From assembly GCF_018350175.1 (NCBI RefSeq), contig NC_058368.1:7130001-7194000 (forward strand): a stretch of DNA of 64,000 bases, written 5' to 3'. The position numbers and the translations under genes are program-made. The first letter of the stretch is position 1; each line of letters starts with the position of its first letter. The stretch comes from Felis catus. Lineage: Eukaryota. The notes beneath the pieces were generated by a model. That model saw only the letters and a list, made by a program, of their open reading frames with translations. It searched no databases and had not been told where the DNA came from. Positions 1 to 12,542 of this stretch are shown piece by piece.

Positions 1-2281
1 GCTGTGTGTCCGGTGTAGATGATTCGAGAAGTTTCCTAGACTGTCATCATCAGATATCTCAAGGAGGAGGTGCTTTAGTGTTCCTGGAAGCAGATGAGCC
101 GGAAAATACACACATTGCAGACATGCCCTCAGAGAGAAGCTTTTTTGTTTGTTTTGTTCTAAATCTCTTCTCTTGAACTCGGCCTTGACCTCCAGCTGAA
201 ATGAGATGCGGCAGCTTTTAAAAAGTCATTGGGAGTCTTGGATTCAGCTCCGTGGTGGCAGATTTTGGAGACCCTGGAATAAAGATAGTAAAGCAGGTAA
301 CTGGCTCGCTTGGGTCCCCTTCCTGTATATATGGCCTCTAGGGCTCTCAGGAACTTACACACATTCTCAGTTGCTATTGTTTCTACCCATAATTTACAAA
401 AACAAAAACCAAAACCAAAAACCCAAACAGAAGTAATAAAACTCAAATCCAGGGGACTCTAAAACGTTTGCATTTTCCTCCACAGAGTAATTTCCCGGTT
501 AATTCCCACGGTTGGTCCCCAAATGACACGGTTTCTCACACAATGTGTACGTTGGTGTTTTGCTCTGAGAAAGGATTAAAGGGAAATTCTGCCCCTCGCC
601 TTGAAAATCCCCTCTCTCCACAGGCATGGTGGGAATCTTTGGAACAGAGGAGCCCCTGGAGACAGTCTCGGCCTGAGGTCACTGGGGCGCAATGTACCCG
701 CTCCACAAAGTAATTATTCTACGGGCGATTTCTTCAAAAAGTGATTAACACTCGACTCTGTCGTGATGCCACAGTCACTACAGACAATAACTTTAAGAGG
801 CTGATCTTCCACTAATGAAATCCTGTGTTTACTTTGAGGTCACATAGGTGACTCAGAGCCTGCGCGGCTTCACACATTCAGCATATGCTTCGACACCTAG
901 TTGTTAACGGATCACGGCTAGCTTGTGTATCCCCTCCAACGTTACATCGTAAGCTCTCATCAGGACAGTTCGGTGAAAATAGGGAAATTGAAGTCCATCG
1001 TGTGTGAGATCCTACGTAGTCCCTACTAAATCTAGCTGACGGCAGTTGTCTTAAGTGGCGGCAACTTTCTCATTACGGTGCCTTCTTAACCGCTAAGAGG
1101 GTCCACGCTTTCCTTAATCTGTGTTTACAAGCTTGTCAAGAGGGGCACGGAAAGCAAGGTGCGCGAGGGGGCGTGGCTGAGTGTGAGCTAACGCGTCAAA
1201 GACACCTTGAAGATACCCTCGGCCCAGTACCATGTGCCCGTTATCACAACACACGAAAGCTGGAAACCTTCTCACCGGAGCTCTACTGGTGACCCCCAGG
1301 GGGAACTGTGATTCATCTATTCCAGGCGTGTAAACGTTCACACACTTAGAAAACTCCGAGGCAGGGAGATTCAGCCTTCCGTAGGAGCTCATTTCACTGT
1401 TTTGAAAGACCGAGGGAATGAATCTCTTCCTTCAACCTAAATCCATCGTGGGGCTGCGTGTGCCGATTCCCCAGAAGAGCCGGAGAACATCTGGTGACCG
1501 CATCTGCGTGAAAACCCTTTCCGTCCTCCCCAACCGTTGCTAGATTCAGAATACGTGGACCACGTGCAAAGCTTCCCGTAACGTTAGGCTCCAGACCAAT
1601 CATTCCTCTTGTCAGAAAATGATGGCACCAATTATTAAAACATGATGGCGGTTGCGAGCAAGGGAGATAAATTCATCTACAATGAATGACCTGTTGTAAT
1701 AAAGTTTTGCAAAGCTTTCAGGTCTGCCGAATGAAAGAGAGGTCTATCGGGAAGATCCATTTATCTTCTGTGAAAAGTCTTGTGCCACTGAACGAGGCAG
1801 AAAATAGCCTCGAGAGCCCCCACCGGAAAAACGAGACCCTTCGTGAACGTAATTCCCATTCCTGTCATAGGACGTGATGCTAAACTGCCAACAGCTGGCA
1901 TGGGAAACTTTGCAGAAGGTACAATGCCTGCTGGGTAAATCCAAGCACAACAGGACCAAGTTCTTAGCATTTTACATTTTAAATAACACCCACTAACGTT
2001 TGCCGACACGTGAGATTTTCTAGCTAGGCTCTTTAAGGAAGGCAACTACAATGTGAGTAACGAGATTTGTCCTCTCACTTTGAGCAGCTCGTCAGATGTG
2101 AAGTTTTAACATGCTCACCGGGTCGGGAAGATTTCCACTGTACGTTTCATTGTTTGCCTGCCCCCCCCCACCCCCTCCCTTAAAGTTGCTAGGTTCTGCT
2201 GCAAAGATTTTCGGGGCCGTTTTGTTGGCAGCTTAGGACGCATCCGTGACCTTACCAAAGTGGAAGTGAAAGCTCTCAGTA

Positions 2282-2314
2282 TTTCTTCTTTCTTTCTTTC
2301 TTTCTTTCTTTTTT
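2282..2314. repeat. (CTTT)n microsatellite
   Basis: Direct tandem TTTC units. Confidence 0.85.
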
Positions 2315-4499
2315 GCAACAGTAAATCTATTAATTTTACAGTCAGTTGAACAGCAATAGGTTAATTTGTTTAAAGTCTGCGTTCACAAAGAAAACCTGAA
2401 CCGCAGTGGCTTGAATGCCTGAAACTGCAGCGGAGTGGCTGCAGGGTAGACACTCTTACAGCGCGCTCGGGACGGACGCCGGCGGTCCACTGTCACCTGC
2501 TTCTCCGCACAGGTGCTGACCCCTCGGTTGAGCCGGGGCCTCCTGGCGGGGTAGCGGGAAGGCTGGGCCTTTTGTGTGCTACAGAGAACGCTTTTCCAAG
2601 GACTGGGCCCGTTGTCTCCAGCAGCCTGAGGAAGCAGAAGAAAGAAGAGGTTAAGGGCCACCGCGAGGGTCAGGATGGGTTAAATTTAGTTAACATCGGA
2701 GGTTATAGCTTTTAACAAGAGCTTCAAGCAAACTTATTCGAAGATGCAATTTGTCTCCTCTTTGTCAACGGTTATTATTTTTTTTTTTTTTTGCCCTATT
2801 GATAGTGACAGCCTAACAAAGTTTTTATATGCTGGAGGTTTTCATCCTTTATAGAGAAGAAAGGACTGTGTTCCTAAAGAGAGGTGCAGGTGGGGGACTT
2901 TATAAAGCTTCCGTGATTTTCAAATTGGGAGGCTTTAGAATAGGCTCCCTGCTTGGCTAAGTCAAAAATAATCTGTGAGGGATGTTGAAAAAAAAAATCC
3001 CCATTAGAAATGGAGGAATGCTTCAGCAGTCAGATGCAGGGGCTCAAGTTTCTAGAAGCTTCTTTGTGTGTGTTTACTTTCAACCATCCCAGCCTAGTTT
3101 TCCCAGTTGTTTTTTTCAAAGTTACCAAAGAGGCCCCCTCTTAAGTTTCCACGTGTGTGTTTCTTTCCATTTCGAGCATAACACCAGGCATCACTAGTTG
3201 TGTGTTATTTCTCCGTGCAAGCAAAGGAGGTAGCCATAGTTTTCTGCATATGTCCTTCATGCCGTTTTCATTCTAGCACTCCATATTTTCTCTCCACGGA
3301 CTGAAATCTTTCGGAAATCGGTCTTTGGGAAGAGAGTCCTGTCAACTCTAGCCTTTCAATTGGAAACACACACCTTTCAAAAGGTATGATTTACCTAGAA
3401 CTGATGTTGAGGGTCTTGTGACACGTGAAGGCTTCAGGTATTATTTAACTGCATTTCTACGATAAGAGGCTCGACTTCTTTTTGGTGAGTTTTGTACATT
3501 CACGGGGCTGAGGTTTTAGAATACCGAACCTGGGTTGCCAGAGCCACAGTTTTGCTCTGATGGTCGGAAGGGTAAGTGTAATCAAACAATCTAAGTGATG
3601 TACTGTAATATGCATTTGACAACATGTTTGCCTTAGGTACAGTGAGGACTCATTTAATTATTATTCGGGAAATACTATGTTTTGCATGAGAGAATCTTCC
3701 AGGTACCTAAGCATACCTTCCAGAAACACACAGAACTTCTAACCACTTTGAATAAAAGTGTCTTATATAACGTATTACAGCGTTTTGCATCCTGAAACAT
3801 GGTATGATGAGTTTCTTAAAGAACAAGGCCATCGTTATGACCATCCATTGTTACATGGTGCTGTGTAATATAGTCGTGCCTATATCAAGTGCCACTGTAC
3901 CAAACTGCAGTCGTTTTGAACTTGAAACTTTTGCTTGTCATAGGTTTTCTCACTCCTCTCTTGCCATAATACTGTCAGTGTCCCCTTATTGTTGGTACCC
4001 TGCTACCTAGCTTTATAGTTCTCCCCACCTTCTCACGTTCTGCTCAAAGTCAAGTTCCGTCTCACCTGGCCTAATGCAGGGGTTGTTTAAGGAGACTGCT
4101 GCTCTCCAAATGTCCTTGTTCCAAATCAGCCCTCACACTGCAGCCGGGCTAACCTTGTTTGGGTAAAGCTTCAGCGCCCCCCCCCCATTTCCTTCTGGCG
4201 GGTTCCCTCATCCACCTGCTCAATTGGATTGTGAGCGTCTGGTCTAGCATTTACCACCCTCTTCGATATATCTGTAACCTACTGGAGTTGACAGGTCACT
4301 CAGTTTGCCTGCTTTGCCCAGGCCCTTTCCTCCACCCCTGAAAGGGGAGCCATCCAGACCCAAATTCCTGCCCTCGTTCCCTCTTCCTGTCCACGCCTGG
4401 TTGCACTAGGGGAGAAGACTGACCTACAAGAATCTAGTCCACAGACTGTGACAACTTGCACATTCCAACCAGGAAATTTGCTGGGTGTCAAAGGATACT

Positions 4500-5075
4500 T
4501 CTGGCAGAGACAGATACTAATTGGATATTCATCCTGCCTTTTCCCGGGTTCCAGCGGGTACATGGCTGCACGGGGTAAGGAGGGTATGTGCAGCCTCCCT
4601 GACAGCTGTGGCCACGTGACCAAGTTCTGGCCAGTGGAATCTGTGTATACCTGCTCATATGTAACTTCTTCCCCGTAGCTGCAGGGGGGGTCCTAGTTTA
4701 TGCCTGCCATCCCAGCATAAACCTCTTTCACTCTGACCTGGCACATCCCATGGTCATCCTAAATAAGCAGCTGTGGTACGTAGCATTTCCAGAAAGTGTC
4801 CTCAGAAGGAGAGTGTGCTCTCCTCCCCTTCCTTTCTGTCGGCTGAAAGGTGGACATGATGGCTGGAGCTTGGATGGCATCTGGAGCAGGGGGGGCTCGT
4901 TGCAATGGAAACCACGCCTGGCAGAGCAATGAGATAGGACGAGCCTGGGTCCCGACACCCCAGCACGCCGTGCCTCTGGATTCACTGACCGTGCGAGAGA
5001 CACAAGCTTTTATATTGCTCCTGACAACACATGACTGGGACAAAAAGTCTTACAAAGTTGTTTGTTTCACAAGTC
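4500..5075 (+). mobile_element. Degenerate MaLR LTR (MLT1I/J-like)
   Basis: Hallmark 'cagcctccctgacagctgtggccacgtgaccaagttctggccagtggaat' and 'gacatgatggctggagct'; boundaries approximate. Confidence 0.6.
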
Positions 5076-5389
5076 GGGCTCATGCCACGCGCATGCTGGC
5101 GTTCTGCATGCAGATGGGCTGGTCTGCAGAGAGAGGCAGGAGGGTGAAACAGACATGCAGGAAGAACCACACAGAAAAGCAGGAGGGAGTGGGGCTCCGT
5201 GGAAATTGGGGTAGGAGCCTTCATTTCTAACTTCCCATTTCCAGTCCCCGTGGAGTCCACTGGTCTGCATTTCCCGTCTGCAGATACCTCTTAGGTGGAT
5301 TTTCTTACAATAACGTTCCGTTCAGTGCAACCAGACATGTTTGTAGCTTGACCCTCCCTCCTCCACCACCACCGCCGACTTGCTGGTCC

Positions 5390-5722
5390 CGAACTGCATT
5401 TTGTGCTGTCCTGCCTCTGTGCCTGTTCGTGCCCTACTTTCTGCCTGGAGTACAGAGCCACGTTTTCAGCCCTAGCCCAAATGCTCCCTCTTCCATGAAG
5501 CCTTCCCTTAGTGCAACTGGGCGACCCCTGCCGTCTTATGTATGTTTATTCTGTAGCATTCATTTTTCTCTGCCTCCGCATACAGTTGCTTGAATACTTG
5601 GCATTTCCTGCCCTTGACATTGTCAGCCCCTAAGAGGCAGGGACACACCCTTGCCGAGGTTGTTCTAGCGCCAGCCAGAGGCCCGCATCCCTTTAGTGTG
5701 CATTAAATATTTGCTGAACAGT
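5390..5722 (+). mobile_element. L2 LINE 3' end remnant
   Basis: 'ctgcctctgtgcc...aaatgctccctcttccatgaagccttccct...gaggcagggac...taaatatttgctgaa' follows the L2 3' terminus. Confidence 0.6.
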
Positions 5723-6036
5723 TGTGGGCTGTCAAATACACAACGGAGCCTTTTCAAACGGTCTCTGGAATCAGAGAAAGCAGACTCTCTTGGATAAGGT
5801 GTGTGAGCTTTGGTGCAGGACTTCGTGTCTCGTAGCGGCTTCCCTTCCCTTTTTCTCTGGCTCCGAGGTGAGAGTACTTAATAAGAGACGGCTAGGTATT
5901 TTATTATGGTTGTAGGAGGAGCCTTTCTAAACCACTATGGGAAGCACAAAAGAAGGAGGCATCTTTTGTTGAAACAAACTTCCGTGCTTGCTACTGTAGT
6001 GATTTACCGTTCCCGAATTAGAAGCGGAGAAAGTCT

Positions 6037-6257
6037 GGGGGCGCCTGGGTGGCTTAGTAGGTTAAGCGCCTGACTCTTGATTACGGCTCAGGTCATGATC
6101 TCATGGTTTGTGGGTTCGGGCCCCGCGTCGGGCTCTGCGCTGGCACGGCAGAGCCTGCTTGGGATTCTCTCTCTCTCCCTCTTTCTCTCTGCCCTCCCCA
6201 ACTTGTGCTCCGTCTCTTTCTAAATAAATAAACAAGCAAACAAACAAGCTTAAAAAA
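6037..6257 (+). mobile_element. Can-SINE (older felid type)
   Basis: GGGGCGCCTGGGTGGCT head, CT-rich tract, A tail; TSD agaagc(gg/at)agaaagtct at 6020-6036 and 6258-6274. Confidence 0.95.
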
Positions 6258-6970
6258 AGAAGCATAGAAAGTCTAAACAATCTGTGAAAAATATCACAAA
6301 AGGATAGTAACCACTGTCTTAAAGAGGAGTAACAACTGGGGCTTTGAGTTTCCTTGTATTAATTACTACATTAGGGGCTCTATCATTATAGCCTACACCC
6401 CATGTAATCATCATCATTACTTTCAAAAGGATTATTAAGTGATCACACGTGTGTAACGTTGGGTTCCCCTTGCTACCTCTAAGGCAGAAAGTTCACAGCA
6501 CAGTAGAAAACCCAGTCTAACAATTTCTTTAATTTTCTGTACGTAATTGATGCGTTTTATGACTGACTTGGTCAAAGGTTTTGGTAGTAACGCTCACGGT
6601 GAAAAAAACCCAAACCTGACGTCATAAAATGGACCCATGTGTAATTATAACTGCAACTTTATTATAGTCTAGAAGTGATGCATCATAAATATGAGGCATG
6701 CAACAGAATAATGTGGGATAATGGAGATAAAGGTATGTGTGCCTCACATTTCTGATATGTCACTTAGTGACTGTAATTGATAGCCTCTGGCATTCATAGT
6801 ATCCCTTTCACACTCAACCATCATGTCATGCTGGGTGCATGTCAGTTTATATTAATAATAGCGTAAGTCATAGAAGTTGGCACTGAATTCACTTATTTAA
6901 TATTTTTTACAAATTAACATGGATTCGAAGTTACTCTTCTTATAATTGGCTTCTAGCTCACTTGCTTTCT

Positions 6971-7187
6971 TTTTTAATTTTTTCAATTTTTTTGTAATGT
7001 TTATTACGTTTTGAGACAGAGCATCAGCAGGGGGAGGGGCAGAGAGAGGGAGACACAGACTCTGAAGCAGGCTCCAGGCGCTGAGCCATCAGCACAGAGC
7101 CCAACGCGGGGCTCAAACTCACGGACTGGGAAATCATGACCTGCGCCGAAGTTGGATGCCCAGCCGACTGAACCACCCAGGCACCCC
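6971..7187 (-). mobile_element. Can-SINE (SINEC_Fc type)
   Basis: Reverse-strand SINE; TSD tcacttgctttctt at about 6958 and 7189. Confidence 0.95.
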
Positions 7188-8214
7188 GTCACTTGCTTTC
7201 TTGAATGGGGGAGAGCTGCTGAGTTACAGGTGGTGTAACAGCAGCTGCATCATAGCCCCAATCTGGGGAGGCCAGGCCCTCCTTGCTTCCTGGACACCCC
7301 GAGTGTGGCCAGAAGGCTTACACGCGAGCCTCAGGCAAGAGTGATGGCCAGAAGGAACGGCTCTAACAGGCTAAGTGACACGTTCATGCTGTTAATGCAA
7401 CAAAGCCAGAGAAAGAAACACAGGGCAACGAAGAATTTGACGTGTGGAAGGACGTGTGAAGAGTCACACGGCCACCCATCGGTTGCCAAAAAAGCTGAGC
7501 AGCACGAGTGCAAACCCGGACCAGTGACTTAACGTTCTGCTAGTTTGGCCACCGCGTGCCTTTGCTCAAGTTATGTACCCTGTACAGTTGTGTTTCGTCG
7601 TCGGCCACATAGGGATAGCAAAAGTATTTTCCATGTGGGCTTGCTAACATTCAAAAAATACCCACGGCACGCGTGCAGACACGCTCGGTTCCTGGCACTT
7701 AGGAGTGCTTGGCAAATGTTAGCTAGTAAAGTCATACACAGAAAACATACCTATGAAAAGTGTGTTATTCGCAGAAAAGACACAGACAAGCCTTTCAGGA
7801 ACAGCAGTCGGTGAGATTGTGTTGGCTGAATTTTCCCCGATCCCAAACCAATCTTTTTCTATCACCTTTTAATTTTTTTAGTTTTTTAAAATGAAAAAAA
7901 AATTTTTTTACCCTCTTATTTTTTTACTCGTAATGTGATTTAACACTGGATGATAAAAGCAATCTTCCTTATTTTCCTTCATTTTAATCCATTCTTCTTA
8001 ATACCTGTAGCATTGCGTAATTTTTTTAGGCTTTCTCTGATTGAGTGAATCTTAATTACAAGTAGTCTATGGATTTGTATACCTTTTGTATTTCATACCA
8101 TTTCAAGGAAGCAGAGTTGATGACTTCAAAATGGAAGTGTGACCCCCCCCCCAAAAAAAAAAGCATTCATAAAGCCTTAAATGTTGACCTTGGATGAATT
8201 TAAGGATTCAAAAA

Positions 8215-9022
8215 TTCAGGGAGAAATACAAATCAAAACCACAATGAGCTCCCTTTTCTTACCCCCTGGAATGGCTAGAATCAAAAAGAAAACGATATCA
8301 AGTGTTGGCAAGGATATGGAGAGACTGGAACCCTTCTAAGTTGCCGCTGGGAATGCAAAATGGTGCGACTATTTTGGAAAACAGTTTAAAAGTTCCTTTA
8401 GAAGTTAAACATAGACTTACAACAGGATCCAAAAATTCCATTGGTTAGGTGTCTAACCAGGAAAAATTAAAACACACGTCCGCACAAAGACTTGTATGTG
8501 AGTGTTCGTAGCAGCATTATCCACGGTAGTCCAAATGTGGAAATAACCCAAATACCCATCAACTAAAGAATGGTTAAACGGAATGTGGCATATCCATACA
8601 ATGGAATAGTACTGAGCCTTTAAAAGGAACAAAGGACTGGCCTGTGCTACAACATGGATGAACCTCAGACACGTTATGGTCAGTGAAAGAAGCCAGACAA
8701 AGAAAAACACTTACCATTTTCCTATTTATATGAATTACCCCCAAACAGCAAATATTCAGAGACCAAAAGTCGAGTAATGGTTGCCTAGGGCAGGGAGTGA
8801 GGATAGGGAATCATTATCGCTAGAAAACGGTTTTGATTTTTTTTTTAGGGTGATGGAAATGGTCTAACCTTAGATTGTGGTGCTGGTTGCCTAACTCTGT
8901 ACATTTGCTAAAGCTCATTGAATTGTACACTTAAAATAGGTCAGTTGGATGGTATGTAAGTATTATGGTATGTATCAGTACTATATATCAATAAAGGTAT
9001 TTTTAAAAAAAACAAAAGAAAA
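8215..9022 (+). mobile_element. L1M (L1MB/L1MC-like) ORF2 end and 3'UTR
   Basis: 'caaatcaaaaccacaatgag...caagtgttggcaaggatatggag...acaatggaatagtact...gggtgatggaaatggtct...caataaag' plus A tail. Confidence 0.9.
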
Positions 9023-10979
9023 TACTGATTTAATAATAAAGTAACACAAAGACTTCTAGGAAAATCTTATGTAATGAGATTGTCATTTTACCAAATCTCT
9101 GTTCTCAGTATGGCATTTACTTTGTCTCGATCAACTGTGAAATACTTCCTGCGGAACTCAATATGAACGGCGTTTCTATTTTCTAAAATCACTCTTGTGC
9201 GGAAGCACTGCTTATATTTGTTCCAATTTCTGTGTAGGTAGGTAGGTAGAGATGTATTTTCCCCAGTGTGTCAGTATCTCGTGGGATTGAGGGCGCTCAG
9301 ATTTTATACTTGGCCTTAGTAATTAAAAAAAAATACAATCATAACGGTAAAGTATCGTTTTGGCCACGGCTGATAGACTCTTATGTAAAATGAAGACCGA
9401 AACACAGCTAAATTTCGCGTTAGGTTGTCTATGAATCGATTTCGGTGACTGATATGTTGTAATTTCAGCCCGTGTGTAAATGGAATTTCTTTTACAAATT
9501 AACCGGTATGAACTTGCCAGTATATATATAACCGGTATAAAGCTTACCGGTCCATTACTCCAAACAGAGAAGCTTATTATTCCATTATTCTAATAAGAAT
9601 AGAGGTTTCTTATCTTTACCAATGGTCTGAAATATTCTCACGAGAGGAGGCCGGGTCAGAGCTGACCCTTCATGTCCAAAGTGCTTGAGTGTCTGAGATG
9701 TCCTATAGAAGCTGGAGGTGGAGAATAGGCTTCTAGAGTCCAGGATTTCAATTCTGTCGTTCGACTCTTTAAGGGAAGTCTTGTCTTGCCGGTTTAAGGG
9801 TTTCAGTCACAAAACAGTGTTACTATCGAATTATTTTTATACGCCCTGAAGATACGATACCGAACAGGAGTCCGGCTCCTGCGGAAAGGACCCCAACGGG
9901 GTGGTGCATTCTGTCCTTCACTCTGTGACAGGGGACCCCTGGGTCTCCTGAGGGGGGCAGCACACACAACCATTAGGAAAGCTGCAAAGCAGAAATCTGT
10001 GCAGAGTTTGCGGCACCGAAGGTGGTGGAAAGGATTTGCCAGCCGAGCACTAGCAGTGAGAAAAAGGTCCAGGGGCCAAGTGAGGACAGGACGGGCTGGA
10101 ATCGAGCCCGGGAAGTGGCTTCCCAGAGCCGGGTACCTGGAGCTGAGACCAGTGGCACGCCCTCGGAGGCAGCCTGGCGCTGTGTGGAGTTCTCGGGCTG
10201 CCTAATTTTCAGCCTCAGTGCCTTCTTGGGAGTGATGCTGTAACAGTCAGTAACCTGGCTGACCGGCCAAGGGCTGGTATCACGGCAGGGGGCCGGGGGT
10301 GGGGGTGGGGAGAGACAGTGAGGTGCTCAGCCAGCAAGAAGTGGCTGTCACCTCCCGTCCTGCTCCTCTGGCTGTCCCAGGGACCCTTGGGCTCTTGACC
10401 TGCCTCCACGACAAGGGCTGGGTCAGAGATGCTTTGCAAATTCTCCCTTAATCATCCTTTTGAAGCGTGACTCCTCTCTGGTCTTACGGACGGAGGGATT
10501 CTATCTTGGTTTTGAGAAGGACAATTCTGGGTCAGAAAACTGAGCCTCAACACCCAGGAGTCTTAGCCTGAATGAAGGCTCCCACAGCTCCCACTTGGCC
10601 CCCGCCTGAGGGCTGAATGCCTTCAGGTCACGCGTCAGCAATAATGGCATAATATGTACCAAAACGCACACATATGTACTCACATCTGCAGCGTGTCAAG
10701 CGGTAGCTAAAATCAAATTGTGGGATGCTATTTATTAATAATGCTTGAATGGTAATTTATTACTAGTATTGAACTGATTTTACGACTAAATCTCGCTTAA
10801 AGTGAATTATAATCTCAGAACTTCCTTCCCCTCTCACAAGCACTGCTGGGAAGGCCATACTGCAAAGCAGTCAGCACGAGGTAATCTTTATATCACTACT
10901 TACTTGATGCTGAAAATTCCCCGTGTTCAGCGCGGAGGACTTCCAGTGAGGGTCAGGGGGCCCGGATGTGTTTCCTAAC

Positions 10980-11075
10980 TCCGTATTTTATCTGCTGTGC
11001 TTCCTAGAGCAATTGATTGTGATCCTTTGGACCCTTGCTTCTTCATCTGTAAAATGGGCTCATGATGTCACAGAC
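10980..11075 (+). mobile_element. MIR fragment
   Basis: MIR core 'cttcttcatctgtaaaatggg'. Confidence 0.5.
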
Positions 11076-11245
11076 CTGCAAGGATCCAATAAGACCTATC
11101 AAGATATGTTTGAAACGAGAAAGCAATCCACAAAGGTGAGCTATCATTAATCTCCTGATCCAGGTGTTTGTTCCCTGGAAATGCTCCTCTCTGAGTCTTT
11201 TCTCGCTTCTGGGTGTGACAGCCAGAGGAGAGCCACTGCGTAAAC

Positions 11246-11424
11246 CAGTCCTACTCAAAGTACGGCCTGTGGACCAGCAGCCTCTGGGATGTTAGAAATG
11301 GGATTTCAGGGCCCCTTCTTAACCTACGGATTCAGAAACTGTGGGCCTGGGGACCAACAACCTTGACTTGACGAAACAAGTTCTCCGGGTGATTTTGGCA
11401 TGCGCGGAAGTTTGAGAAGCACCA
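11246..11424 (+). mobile_element. MER5A hAT-Charlie MITE
   Basis: Terminal inverted repeats cagtcctactcaaagt / aagtttgagaagcacc with internal 'ggaccagcagc...gttagaaatg...tcagaaact'. Confidence 0.85.
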
Positions 11425-11563
11425 ATGTGGACAGTTTTTCCTTCCTTCCTTCACTCATTCATTCATTCATTTGTTCATTCAAATACTTAGGGAATATCTC
11501 GAGAAAGGATCAGTCGCCATCTTGGGAGGATAAGCCACAATCACCATCCGTAAAGAGAGAATA

Positions 11564-11760
11564 TTTTTCTTTTCTTTTTTTTTTTTTTTAACGTTTTATT
11601 TATTTTTGAGACAGGGAGAGACAGAGCATGAACAGGGGAGGGGCAGAGAGAGAGGGAGACACAGAATCCAAAGCAGGCTCCAGGCTCTGAGCCGTCAGCA
11701 CAGAACCCGATGTGGGGCTCGAACCCACGGACCGTGAGATCATGACCTGCGCCGAAGTGG
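11564..11760 (-). mobile_element. Can-SINE, 5'-truncated or deleted
   Basis: Poly-T tail and body present; about 30 nt of the head missing. Confidence 0.93.
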
Positions 11761-12282
11761 CCCACCTATTTTGCAGTGCCTGCTACTGTCTGCCCCCTGG
11801 GACACGGACAAGCTCAGATGAGAGGCTCCAATTCCTGCTTTCTTAGAAGGGGGGAGCCCCGAGCAGTTCTCCTGGCTTGGCGTGTCCCCACCAAAGCGGA
11901 AAAGAGCCTGGGCTTCAAGCCTGGCCAGCTGTCAGCTGTCACGTTGGCCAGCGTGTTGAACTCGTCTGTCTCTGCTCGCTCCTCTGCCCGGTGGACATAA
12001 AGAAGTTTAACACGTAGCTGCAACGTTGCATAAGTATTAGATGTCCGCCCGAGAAGGAAGCCTGAAGCAGGACGGCAACCGAGGTGGCAGTGGCTGGGGC
12101 CGGGAGGGGGGCGCAGCCACGTGTGGTGGTCCCTGACGTGGCCTCGCCACTGGGGCCACGGATCCTCTCCCTGTTGTCCCGCCGTCTTTCGTAACGTGTC
12201 TCACCTTCTCTCTGCCCTTGTACATTCCAGGAGAATTTCAGATCAGCATGGGGGAGGGGGATTGGTTAATCATGGGAACTCT

Positions 12283-12542
12283 TCTTTTTTTGTTTCAAGT
12301 TTATTTATTTATTCTGAGAGAGAGAGAGAGAGGGAGGGAGGGAGGTCACATGTACGCATGCATGTGTACATGGGGTGGGGGGCGGGATGCAGAGGGAGAG
12401 GGAGACAGAATCCCCAGCAGGCTCTGCGCCGTCAATGTGGGCTGATGTGGGGCTCCCATTCACAAACTGTGAGATCACGACCTGAGCCAAAACCTGAGAT
12501 CACGACCTGAGGAAGCTTCACTCTCTGAGCCACCCAGGCACC
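12283..12542 (-). mobile_element. Can-SINE (older type) with internal duplication
   Basis: Reverse SINE; tgagatcacgacctgag repeated at 12470 and 12495. Confidence 0.9.

Noticed and set aside
3520..3577. Possible 52-nt exon ending at a strong G|GTAAGT donor
   Set aside because: Weak acceptor and no partner exons; isolated donors are common by chance.
6037..6130. tRNA-like A/B boxes at SINE heads throughout the window
   Set aside because: tRNA-derived SINE promoters followed by SINE body and tail, not tRNA genes.
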